Assembly: GCA_040770465.1 (NCBI GenBank)
Contig: JAXGJB010000018.1
Location: 1-46,287 of the forward strand
Direction of reading: 5' to 3'
Origin: Methanothrix sp.
Lineage (GTDB): Archaea; Halobacteriota; Methanosarcinia; Methanotrichales; Methanotrichaceae
Length of the DNA: 46,287 nucleotides
This document shows positions 28,084 to 37,016 of this stretch, one piece after another. The position numbers and the translations under genes are program-made. Position 1 is the stretch's first letter; each line of letters begins with the position of its first letter. The notes beneath the pieces were generated by a model. It made no database searches and was not told the DNA's origin. It worked only from the letters and a program-made list of their open reading frames with translations.

Positions 28084-29412
28084 CTATGCCTCGGTGACGT
28101 TGGTCGAAGGCGAGGCATCCGATGTGTTGACCACCTTCACCGGCAAGGCTGGGTCGATGAGGGTAACCTGTCCGGTGGAGTTTATTACGGTGATGACGCC
28201 CGCGGGGTTGATCAGAGTGATCGGAGCCGAGGAGTTCTCCAGGATGAGAGGCTCGCTGCCATTGGCGGGAGGCAAAGCGCTGGCCTCTTCTGCGGCGGTC
28301 GTCACATCATAGTAGCTCACCGCATCCTCGGCGCCCGTCTTCGTTTCGTCGGATCCGGATGAATCGACGTCGATCGCGGATTTGCTGGGGTCCACGTCGA
28401 TAGTGGGGCTGGTCGGATTGACGTCTATCTTCAGCCCGGAGAGGCTCACGTTCACATTGGGCTTTGCGGGGTTTACGTCGATGTTCAGCCGACCGATGTT
28501 TACGTCAACGTTGGGCTTGGCAGGGTTTATGTCGACGTTGAGGCCGGTTCCCTCAGTCCCAGAATCGTCAGCTCCGCTGACATCCTCCGACGATTCGTTC
28601 TCCATGGCCGGCCACCAATCCGCAGGGTCGAACTCGTTATCGAGGGAGTCGTTCAGCTCTGCGATGTTGTAGTCCACCAGCATCCTGTTGAAGGACGGAG
28701 AGATGACGGGCCTGCCATCGAGGCCGGATAGGTATAGGATGGCCACCAGCTCGCCGTCAGAGTTACGACCGCCTTCGGATCTGTCGTCGATGTCCAGCCA
28801 TACCGTCTTGTTCAGAAGGATAGCCACGGCGAGATCCTTTGCGGAAGGAGCTTCGTTGTAAGCATCGCCCGCTGATTCGTTGATTATCTCGCTCATAGAT
28901 TCATTCGTCGATTCGTTGATCGTCTCGTTGACCGACTCGTTGATCGACTCGTTGACTGGCTCGTTGATCGTCTCGTTGACTGGCTCGTTGATCGATTCGT
29001 TGATCGATTCGTTGATCGATTCGTTGATCGATTCGTTGGTCGATTCGTTGATCGACTCGTTGATCGATTCGTTGATCGATTCGTTATTCGACTCGTTGAT
29101 CGACCGATCGATGGATTGATTCGTCAACCCCATCAATTCGCTCAACGATTCATTCGTCAGCTCGATCAGCGATCCGCGAGTCGAGAAGTTCATCGGCTGG
29201 CCGGAGACTTCCTCGGGAACCTCCAGGTCCGCCAGGGTCACCCTCTCGACGTCCTGGATTATCCTGGGATCTGTCTTCTCGATCCTGATGTCGAAGGTAT
29301 TCCCGTCGATCACGCCGACTACGATGCCTCTGGCCTCCTCCGGCGAGGCGGTGGCTACCACCGGCAGCAGGATAAGAAGCATTGCAAGATAAACGACATA
29401 TTCTGGCCTCAT
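28084..29412 (-). CDS. Secreted thermonuclease (SNase)-fold protein, apparently inactive, with INES repeat insertion
   Basis: VIDGNTF..VTLAD..PE..AKD....LLNKTVWLDID..G.LVA..Y..FNRMLV..NEFDPADWW. Confidence 0.78.
   Translation of the reverse strand: MRPEYVVYLAMLLILLPVVATASPEEARGIVVGVIDGNTFDIRIEKTDPRIIQDVERVTLADLEVPEEVSGQPMNFSTRGSLIELTNESLSELMGLTNQSIDRSINESNNESINESINESINESTNESINESINESINESINEPVNETINEPVNESINESVNETINESTNESMSEIINESAGDAYNEAPSAKDLAVAILLNKTVWLDIDDRSEGGRNSDGELVAILYLSGLDGRPVISPSFNRMLVDYNIAELNDSLDNEFDPADWWPAMENESSEDVSGADDSGTEGTGLNVDINPAKPNVDVNIGRLNIDVNPAKPNVNVSLSGLKIDVNPTSPTIDVDPSKSAIDVDSSGSDETKTGAEDAVSYYDVTTAAEEASALPPANGSEPLILENSSAPITLINPAGVITVINSTGQVTLIDPALPVKVVNTSDASPSTNVTEA
28872..29155 (-). 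repeat. 12-bp coding tandem repeat (I-N-E-S, about 20 copies)
   Basis: Repeated gattcgttgatc and variants on the + strand. Confidence 0.92.
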
Positions 29413-29813
29413 CGAATTCCCCTTCTACCTGATGTTCTTCGCGATTATAAGAAATATGTTTCGATCCATCGAGAGAATATAAAATCAACTTGATGGATGG
29501 GGAGTGCGAACTTCGAATTTCCATGAGTCATTCGATGGGCAGATGGTCGCGATCTTTCATCCCATGCACGGAATGCGCTTTCACAGGATATTCGATCGCT
29601 TTCATCCTGGATTTCTGGCATATGGTGCTGTAGTTGTTGGTTTTTGCTCGAATAATATATTTGGCATTCTTCGGCAACCTCAAAGATCTCGTTTCGCTAT
29701 CAAGTGCAGAACTTCTAGTTTATAAAGTCGGAGATTACGGATTATGCCCTGGATTACAGTACAGGAAAGTTTAATAAACGATTACAGCGGAGTTGGTATC
29801 TGGAGTGATTTAA

Positions 29814-29945
29814 ATGGCGGAAGAAAAGAAAAAAGAGGAAGAAGTTGCAGAGGTCGAGCCGATACATCCTGGTGAAGAGAGGGGTGGCGGCAGCAAGAAG
29901 GGCAAGAAGAGCAAAGGCGGCAGGCTTCTGGACACCTGCGTATAA
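29814..29945 (+). CDS. Small 43-aa protein MAEEKKKEEEVAEVEPIHPGEERGGGSKKGKKSKGGRLLDTCV (not in the ORF track)
   Basis: SD GGAGTGA about 5 nt upstream; BRE/TATA-like GGAAAGTTTAATAA at about 29764-29777; downstream hairpin plus T-run. Confidence 0.65.
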   Translation: MAEEKKKEEEVAEVEPIHPGEERGGGSKKGKKSKGGRLLDTCV

Positions 29946-29958
29946 CTTTGATGACAAA

Positions 29959-29992
29959 CGGCGGCGGGCTTTCGTCGCCGTAATCTCCTTTT
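29959..29992 (+). terminator. Putative stem-loop terminator after the sORF
   Basis: cggcggcg-ggcttt-cgtcgccg followed by a short T tract. Confidence 0.4.
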
Positions 29993-30132
29993 CTCGGCGG
30001 CTCCGCTTCCTTTAAACGAATCGATCCTCGCCAGCTTCCTCGTCGCCCCAACGGGGTGATCTCGATCAAAGTAAGATCGACTGAGAAAGCTATAAAATAT
30101 AAGAGAGCGGAGATTATGCAGGAGGCTCTAAA

Positions 30133-30450
30133 ATGAAAGAAGAGGTATTTTTCGGTGAAGGTATGGCCCACGTCAAGAAGGATTACCCGGACCTTTACGA
30201 GGCCATCGTCGGAATAAACGAGGCGGCGTATACGGGAAAGGTCCTCGACTACAGGACCCAGAAGCTGATCGCCCTGGGGATCAACGCTGCCGCGTCGGAT
30301 GAGCGGGCGACGAAGAAGCAGATGATGAGCGCCATGAAGGAGTTCGGCGTCACAAGAGACGAGATCGTCGACGTCCTGAGGGTCGTCCTTCTCACCTCGG
30401 GGATGCCCCCCTTCACCAAGGCGATGAAGATCCTGTACGAGCTGAAATAA
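30133..30450 (+). CDS. Carboxymuconolactone decarboxylase (CMD) family protein
   Basis: P.LYEA..GKVLDYRTQKLIALGI..GVTRDEIVDVL..GMP; GGAGG SD; no CxxC. Confidence 0.82.
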   Translation: MKEEVFFGEGMAHVKKDYPDLYEAIVGINEAAYTGKVLDYRTQKLIALGINAAASDERATKKQMMSAMKEFGVTRDEIVDVLRVVLLTSGMPPFTKAMKILYELK

Positions 30451-30510
30451 TTTCGTGAATCAGGAATTTGGGAAAGGCGGCGATCCTGATAATACTCGGG
30501 GGTCGCCCCT

Positions 30511-32508
30511 TCAAACAACTTTCATCTCTTTCTCCAGCTTCTTGATCGTGTCCCGAAGCATGATCGCCCGCTCGAAGTCCAGGGCGTCAGCCGCCGCTTT
30601 CATCTCCGCCTCCAGCTCGATCACCACGTTCGGGATGTCGGACTTCGGTATGTGCCGGGTGTCGGTGATCTCGACGACCTTCTCCCGGATCGGCTTTATT
30701 ATCGTCTGGGGGACGATCCCGTGCTCGGAGTTGTACCTCATCTGCAGGGCCCGCCTCTCCTCGGTCTTTCTGACCGCGCCCCGGACCGAGTCGGTCATCC
30801 GGTCGGCATAGAGGACGACCCGGGAGTTGGCGTTCCTCGACGCCCGGCCGATCGTCTGGATGAGGCTCCGCTCGTCCCTGAGGAAGCCCTCCTTGTCCGC
30901 GTCCAGAATCCCGATGAAGCCGACCTCGGGGATGTCCAGCCCCTCCCGGAGGAGGTTGATCCCGACGAGGACGTCGAACTTTCCGAGGCGGAGCTCCCGG
31001 ATGATCTCGGTCCTCTCGATCGTCTGGATCTCGGAGTGGAGGTAGCGGGCTCGGATCCCGTTTTTGGCTAGATAGTCGGTCAGCTCCTCGGCGAGCTTCT
31101 TTGTCAGCGTCGTCACCAGGGCCCGGTCGCCAACCTCGACGACCCGTTCTATCTCAAGCATCACGTCCCGGACCTGCCCCTCCACAGGCCTGATCTCGAC
31201 GACGGGGTCGAGGAGGCCCGTCGGACGGATGATCTGCTCGACTACCGAGGCGGACCGCTCCAGCTCGTAGGGGCCGGGGGTCGCCGAGACGAAGATGACG
31301 TTTCTCATGAACCGCTCGAACTCCTCGAACCGCAGGGGCCGGTTGTCGTAGGCGCTGGGAAGCCTGAAGCCGTAGTCGACGAGGCTCTTTTTCCGGGAGC
31401 GGTCGCCCCTGTACATCGCCCGAAGCTGGGGGATCGTCTGGTGGCTCTCGTCGATGACCAGGAGGAAGTCGTCGGGGAAGTAGTCGAGGAGGCAGTAGGG
31501 GGGCTCGCCCGGCCTTCGGCCGTCGAAATGGCGGGAGTAGTTCTCGATCCCCTTGCAGCTTCCGGTCTCCTCAATCATCTCGATGTCGTAAAGCGTCCTC
31601 TGCCGGAGCCGGTGGGCTTCGAGCATCTCAAGCTCCGGCAGCCTCTCATCCAGCTCCGCCAGGATCGAGGTGATGGCCCCTTTCTGCTCCTCCTCGGGGA
31701 TGACGTAGTGGCGGGCGGGGTAGACGTAGAAGTACCGCATCTCCTCGCGACGGGCGCCGGTCTGCCGGTCGATCTCGCTGATCCTGTCCACCTCGTCGCC
31801 GAAGAGCTCGATTCGTACGATGTTGTTGAAGTAGCCGGGAACGAGGTCGATCGTCTCCCCCTTCACCCGGAACCGGCCCGGCGCGAGCTCCATCTCGTTT
31901 CTCTCGTACTGGATCGAGACGAGCCGCTCCAGGATCTCCCGCCGGGAGATGCGGTCGCCGACCTTCAGCTCAAAGCCCATCTTGAGGAAGTTCTCGGGGT
32001 TTCCCAGACCGTAGATGCAGGATACCGAGGCGACGACGATGACGTCGTCCCGCGACATCAGGGACGCCGTCGCCGCGAGCCGCATCTGCTCGATCTTGGG
32101 GTTGATGGTGGCGTCCTTCTCGATGTACTGGTCTTTGGCGGGGATGTAGGACTCGGGCTGGTAGTAGTCGTAGTAGGAGACGAAGTACTCGACCCTGTTC
32201 TCAGGGAAGAACTCCTGGAACTCGTTATAGAGCTGGGCCGCCAGGGTCTTGTTGTGGGCGATGACCAGCGTCGGCTTCTTGACGGCGTCGATGACCTTGG
32301 CGACGGTGTAGGTCTTGCCGGAGCCGGTGACCCCGAGGAGGGTCTGGAGGCGCTGGCCGGATTCAAGGCCCGATACTAGCTTATCGATCGCCTCGGGCTG
32401 GGAGCCCTTCGGCTCGAAGTCGGAGGCGAGGTGAAACTGGGGGGCTGGGGCAGCGTCCGGGATTTGACTTGATTTCATCATGAGTCTATCTAGATAGCTG
32501 AATTTCAT
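30511..32508 (-). CDS. uvrB: Excinuclease ABC subunit B
   Basis: GVTGSGKT, HNKTLAAQL, YYDYYQPE, IDESH, GINLLREGLD, QTIGRASR, C-terminal UVR domain; true start may be 32481/32478. Confidence 0.97.
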   Translation of the reverse strand: MKFSYLDRLMMKSSQIPDAAPAPQFHLASDFEPKGSQPEAIDKLVSGLESGQRLQTLLGVTGSGKTYTVAKVIDAVKKPTLVIAHNKTLAAQLYNEFQEFFPENRVEYFVSYYDYYQPESYIPAKDQYIEKDATINPKIEQMRLAATASLMSRDDVIVVASVSCIYGLGNPENFLKMGFELKVGDRISRREILERLVSIQYERNEMELAPGRFRVKGETIDLVPGYFNNIVRIELFGDEVDRISEIDRQTGARREEMRYFYVYPARHYVIPEEEQKGAITSILAELDERLPELEMLEAHRLRQRTLYDIEMIEETGSCKGIENYSRHFDGRRPGEPPYCLLDYFPDDFLLVIDESHQTIPQLRAMYRGDRSRKKSLVDYGFRLPSAYDNRPLRFEEFERFMRNVIFVSATPGPYELERSASVVEQIIRPTGLLDPVVEIRPVEGQVRDVMLEIERVVEVGDRALVTTLTKKLAEELTDYLAKNGIRARYLHSEIQTIERTEIIRELRLGKFDVLVGINLLREGLDIPEVGFIGILDADKEGFLRDERSLIQTIGRASRNANSRVVLYADRMTDSVRGAVRKTEERRALQMRYNSEHGIVPQTIIKPIREKVVEITDTRHIPKSDIPNVVIELEAEMKAAADALDFERAIMLRDTIKKLEKEMKVV

Positions 32509-32633
32509 GAGAGGAAGTACTTTTTGCCTCGTCCTTGCCTATCGACTATCAAGCCGACGCTGCCGATGGAAAAGATGTACAACCAAATCTTTTTTGCAGA
32601 TCAGTGCAAGAGTATGCGTCGGAGGGAAATTCG

Positions 32634-34454
32634 ACGAGACCGGCTTCGATCCTTGCCCTGGCGCTGGCTGCGCTTCTTCTTACGAGCATGGCCGAGTGCG
32701 CGCCCGACTACCGGAAGGTTGTTCAGGCGAGCGAGATTCTAGCGAAGATCGAGCGGGGCGAGCCGGTAAATTACGACGGAGTGATCGTCGAGGGGGATCT
32801 CGATCTGAGCGAGCTGAAATTGCCCTCGGAATACGTCGAGAGAACTGAGTCTGAAATCCAGTGGTGGGGTCTAGCTGAGGAAGTGAAGGTGATCGAGTCT
32901 CGGATAAACATCAACAACTCTGAAATTCGTGGGAATGTGGCTTTGGGCAACAACATCTTCCAGGAGCAAGTCAATTTCGAAAACACTGACTTCACCGGAG
33001 CCGCCTATTTTTCTGGATCTAATTTTAGAGAAGGTGCCAAATTCTCGGGGGCCGAGTTCTCGGGCGAATATGCCTTGTTTTACGGAGCAGAGTTCTCTGG
33101 AGGTGTTGCAGAGTTCTCGGGAGCGAAGTTCACGGGTGGAGATGCCGAGTACCCGTTTGCCGATTTCCACGGGTCGAAATTTTTGGGTGGAGATACTTTC
33201 TTCTCGGATGTCGATCCCTCGGGTGGAGATATCTACAGTTTCTCGTTTGCGGACTTCCGGGGTGTGAAATTCTCGGGCGGGAATACGTTCTTCGATAATG
33301 CTTTATTCTCGGGTGGATGTGCCGATTTCTCAAATGCGGAGTTTTCAGGCGGAGATGCTTTCTTCTACAGAGCGGAGTTCTCGGGTGGGGATGCCGACTT
33401 CACAGGATCCAAGTTTTCGGGTGGATATGCTTTCTTCTCGGAAGCCAACTTTTCAGGTGGGGATGCCTTCTTCTCGTATGCGGAGTTCTCAGGCGGATTT
33501 GCTGACTTCTCGGACGCGGTGTTCTCAGGTGGGGATGCCATCTTCTCGCTTGCCGAGTTCTCGGGCGGATATGACTACTACCAATTTGCTAGCTTCTCGA
33601 ATGTGACGTTCTCGGGTGGAGATGCCAAATTCTACGGAGCGGTGTTCAAAGAGCCTGTCACGTTTACCGATTCCACATTCGAAAGAAACGCTAGCATCAC
33701 ATATGCCCGGTTTGGTGATCGCGCCTATTTCATAGATGCCACTTTCAACGGCAGTGCAGACTTCCGTGAAACCCAGTTCAGCGGCAATGCCTACTTCGAA
33801 AATTCAACCTTCGGCAGCGACCTAGATTTGACTCGAACAGGATTTATCCGGCTCTTTCTTCCCTGGGAATCTGTAGACGGGCATCAGTTATGCGTCTCCG
33901 ACGACGATGCCTACCTCGCCCTTATGAGAAACTATGTGAACCTTGGATGGTTCGAGGATTCGAACAACTGCTACTACGAGTACAGGAACAAACTTAGAAT
34001 GAGCGAGCCGTTCTCTTTCGAGAAGATAAAAGACACTCTCGAATGGATCCTATACGGATATGGTATGAAGCCGCTTAGAATTGGGGGTTGGATCGTATCC
34101 TTAATCATAGGCTTTGGACTGGTCTTCAGCTACTTCGGAAACATCAAGAAGTACATCAGGGAGGAACACGTAGAAAATTCCACTGATGAAACAACAGGAG
34201 GCAGCAAGTCAGAAGCCGCCGAGATAAAGACCGTCTTTAAGAGAGGTGAGATCTCCTTCATCGATCCGTTCCTCTTCAGCTTCATTATCGTGACATTTAC
34301 CTCGGGCTTCGTTTCCTTCCTTTACCCCACCATCGAGTATAGAGCTGAAAAGAATAAGGTCCTCATCATCATGGTGGTGGTGGAGCGGTTCCTAGGATAC
34401 GTTTTCTTGGCCCTCCTGATCACCGCCATCAGTAAGACCTATCTGATAAGGTAA
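32634..34454 (+). CDS. Pentapeptide-repeat protein with signal peptide and C-terminal ion-channel-like TM domain
   Basis: A.F..A.FSGG repeats; C-terminal YGYGMKP.R + TM...FS..TFTSG..ERFLG TM; start uncertain (ACG 32634 after GGAGG, or TTG 32535). Confidence 0.83.
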   Translation, partial: TRPASILALALAALLLTSMAECAPDYRKVVQASEILAKIERGEPVNYDGVIVEGDLDLSELKLPSEYVERTESEIQWWGLAEEVKVIESRININNSEIRGNVALGNNIFQEQVNFENTDFTGAAYFSGSNFREGAKFSGAEFSGEYALFYGAEFSGGVAEFSGAKFTGGDAEYPFADFHGSKFLGGDTFFSDVDPSGGDIYSFSFADFRGVKFSGGNTFFDNALFSGGCADFSNAEFSGGDAFFYRAEFSGGDADFTGSKFSGGYAFFSEANFSGGDAFFSYAEFSGGFADFSDAVFSGGDAIFSLAEFSGGYDYYQFASFSNVTFSGGDAKFYGAVFKEPVTFTDSTFERNASITYARFGDRAYFIDATFNGSADFRETQFSGNAYFENSTFGSDLDLTRTGFIRLFLPWESVDGHQLCVSDDDAYLALMRNYVNLGWFEDSNNCYYEYRNKLRMSEPFSFEKIKDTLEWILYGYGMKPLRIGGWIVSLIIGFGLVFSYFGNIKKYIREEHVENSTDETTGGSKSEAAEIKTVFKRGEISFIDPFLFSFIIVTFTSGFVSFLYPTIEYRAEKNKVLIIMVVVERFLGYVFLALLITAISKTYLIR

Positions 34455-34503
34455 ACCGCTTGGAAGTGAGGCGGCGAGGTCATCACCAAAAAAAATCGGC
34501 GCC

Positions 34504-35289
34504 TCAGCCCTTCTTTCCCTCTTCCAGGTACTCGCGAGTCCTCTCCCTCATCTCCCGGGCTTCATTGCTGGTGGGGTCCAGGAGGATCGCCCTGTCGAAG
34601 GACTCGACCGCCTCCTCGTACCTCTCAAGGCCGATGAGGGCGATCCCCCTCACCATCCAGCCGGGGACGAAGTCGGGCATCGCCTCCACCAGCTCCCCGG
34701 CGAGGTCGGCGACGGCGTCGTACCTCTTCAGCTTCGAGAGGGGGCCGAGCTTGTTGAACTTGAAGCTCGGCTCCTCGGGCTCAAGCTCCAGGAGGAAGTC
34801 GAGAAAGTCGACGGTGGCCACGTAGTCCCCCCGGTCGAAGATCGCCCCCGCGAGGTCGTTCCACTCCTCGGGGTCCTTGAGGGTCGGGGCCACGCCCGCG
34901 CCCTGCCGATAGGCATCCTTCGCCTCCTCGATCCGGTCGAGGTTCCGAAGGGTCATTATCTTTGAGATCCAGCCCCGGGCGTGGTCGGGCTTGGCCTTGA
35001 TCGCCCTCTCGAAGCACTCCAGGGCTCCCTCGTCGTCGTTTTTGAGGGAGGATATACCGCCCAGGAGGTCCAGATAGTCGGGGTCGTCGGGCGCGAGCTC
35101 CACAGCCCGCTCGGCGGAGGCCCTTCCCTCGTCGAGCCTGCCCGCCCCCAGGTACGCCACCGCCAGCTTGTACCACGCCTCGACGTCAGAGGGGTCCGCC
35201 TCGACGAAGCTCTTGAAGAACTCCACCGCCTCATCGAACCTGTCCGTGTGCATCAGGAAGATGCCATCGGTAAACCTGTTTTCAGCCAT
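34504..35289 (-). CDS. Tetratricopeptide repeat protein
   Basis: Multiple 34-aa TPR units (AW..LA..Y...G...E...A..L.P); GGAGG SD. Confidence 0.88.
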   Translation of the reverse strand: MAENRFTDGIFLMHTDRFDEAVEFFKSFVEADPSDVEAWYKLAVAYLGAGRLDEGRASAERAVELAPDDPDYLDLLGGISSLKNDDEGALECFERAIKAKPDHARGWISKIMTLRNLDRIEEAKDAYRQGAGVAPTLKDPEEWNDLAGAIFDRGDYVATVDFLDFLLELEPEEPSFKFNKLGPLSKLKRYDAVADLAGELVEAMPDFVPGWMVRGIALIGLERYEEAVESFDRAILLDPTSNEAREMRERTREYLEEGKKG

Positions 35290-35474
35290 CCAGATTCCGC
35301 CTCCTGGGACGAGCGACCCGGCTCTTTGAGCAGGTCTCCGGCTTGAATATCCTCAACCTGAATCCGGCCCTGCCTTCGCCTCGGGCCCATATCGATTTCC
35401 ATATTATAAAAACTTCTTTGGCGGTCCGGAGGGCCTCACCGCCGCAAAAAGACGTTCTTCCCGCCTATGGCCAG

Positions 35475-36239
35475 CTACGATTCAGATTGAACAGAACCAG
35501 ACCCCACCTTCTCCGCCACGAGCCACGCCGATGCGTCGAGGATCACCCCTTCGCCGAAGACGGCGTCTCCGGCGGAGGCCTCCTCCATCGCCCGCCTCGC
35601 CCTCCGCTTCACCACCACCATCGGCGGCTCGGGGAAGGGCTCGGAGAGGGATCGGCGTTCCCGGACGATCTCCTCGATCTCGACCTCGTCGACGAGGCCG
35701 ATCCGGTCGATCACCTCCACCTGCCGCTGGAACCGATCGATCGCCTCCGCCGACAGGTTCTCGATGAAGGGGATCGCCCCCCTCGACCCTACGATCCTGC
35801 CGTCTTTGTCGATCCCGTTTTTGTGGAGGGCGATGATGGAGTCGCCGGGAAGGTGGCCCTTCGACTCCTCGCCGCAGACCAGGAGGAAACGGAGGTTGGA
35901 GTTTGCGATGATGTTTGCGACGACCTTCTCGACCCCCAGGTTCTCGGTCTTGCAGGGGCCCGAGATCGCCGCGCCCCGCGCCGCAAGGCTGCTCGCAAGG
36001 GTCACCACCGCGATCCGCGACTCGAGGTCGCCGAGCCGATAATCCCCCCGGATGGGCGGCCAGGCATCCGGATCGCAAGGCTGGCCTCCTTTGCTATGGG
36101 AACCATTAGCACCACCGGCATCTTTTGATCCTTCGGCTCCATCGGCTCTCTTTGCTTCTATTGCCCCCTCGGCGCCTCTGCCGCCTTCGCCAGAGCGGTC
36201 ATCATCCGAATTGCCTGGATGTTCGCCGGTCATCACCAT
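35475..36239 (-). CDS. mtrA: Stand-alone tetrahydromethanopterin S-methyltransferase subunit A homologue (MtrA/MtxA-like corrinoid protein)
   Basis: [40 protein letters not shown] (cobalt-ligand His), GAIPFIENL; no C-terminal TM; start uncertain. Confidence 0.85.
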   Translation of the reverse strand: MVMTGEHPGNSDDDRSGEGGRGAEGAIEAKRADGAEGSKDAGGANGSHSKGGQPCDPDAWPPIRGDYRLGDLESRIAVVTLASSLAARGAAISGPCKTENLGVEKVVANIIANSNLRFLLVCGEESKGHLPGDSIIALHKNGIDKDGRIVGSRGAIPFIENLSAEAIDRFQRQVEVIDRIGLVDEVEIEEIVRERRSLSEPFPEPPMVVVKRRARRAMEEASAGDAVFGEGVILDASAWLVAEKVGSGSVQSES

Positions 36240-36437
36240 CCCATGGAACTCGATGGTTTAAATGCTTTTGACCGCCGGAGCGTTTCTTGAAATTCGCACC
36301 CTCAACACGAGGCTTATATACGAAAAGGGCGAACATGAACATTAATTGGGAAAGTTAGCAGGTTTGCCGATTGAGCGAGCCGTGCCCAAAGGAAGGTTGA
36401 AGAGGAAGAGGTTGAAGAGGCAGAGGCTGACCAAAAG

Positions 36438-36878
36438 ATGGCATCTTACGAAGAGCGAATTCTGAAGGCTATAGAGGATTCCGAGGTTGGCCTGACCACC
36501 GTCGACGTGGCAAAGCAGGCGGGGGTCAGCAAGACCACGGCCATAAAGTACCTTTCAGTTCTCAAGTCCGAAGGCAAATGCGAATTCGTCGAGGTCGGCC
36601 CCTCCAAGCTCTGGAGGAGCGCCAGAAAGCCCGAAGAGTTAGGAGAATCGAGAGAAGATCTATCGAGAGCCGATCTCGCCGGTCTGAAGGAGGTTTGTGC
36701 CGCCGTCGGCAGAGGTGAAGCCGTCGAGATGCACCCCCTCAACTTTTCAGTCATAGCCCAGCTTGAGGATCTATCCGACGACGTGATCGTCTCCTTCTCC
36801 TTCAAGGTGAAACCTGAGAAGGTTGGTGCCCTTGAGAGCATTATGAAAAAATGGATCCGTCAGCCGGAGAGGCCGTAG
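36438..36878 (+). CDS. Winged helix-turn-helix DNA-binding protein
   Basis: GLTTVDVAKQAGVSKTTAIKYLSVLKSEG..VG.SKLW. Confidence 0.82.
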   Translation: MASYEERILKAIEDSEVGLTTVDVAKQAGVSKTTAIKYLSVLKSEGKCEFVEVGPSKLWRSARKPEELGESREDLSRADLAGLKEVCAAVGRGEAVEMHPLNFSVIAQLEDLSDDVIVSFSFKVKPEKVGALESIMKKWIRQPERP

Positions 36879-37016
36879 CTCCTATTCGATCTGATCCCTC
36901 TCCAAAAACATCGAAGACATTACTATCAGCTCCTCGAAGACCATGACCGCCATCCTCCGGCCCCTAAATTAGCCTTATATAAGATACGTCATATCAATTG
37001 TGATTGAACATGGTGG

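Noticed and set aside
29814-29945. Ras-like polybasic + CaaX prenylation signal in the sORF
   Set aside because: Cys is penultimate (not CaaX) and protein prenyltransferases are not established in methanogens
32486-32497. CTATCTAGATAG palindrome near the uvrB start as a DNA-damage operator
   Set aside because: Single occurrence, may lie within the CDS, and no supporting regulator
32980-33660. Diversity-generating retroelement target
   Set aside because: No reverse transcriptase and no TR/VR pair with adenine-specific differences; variation fits tandem repeat divergence
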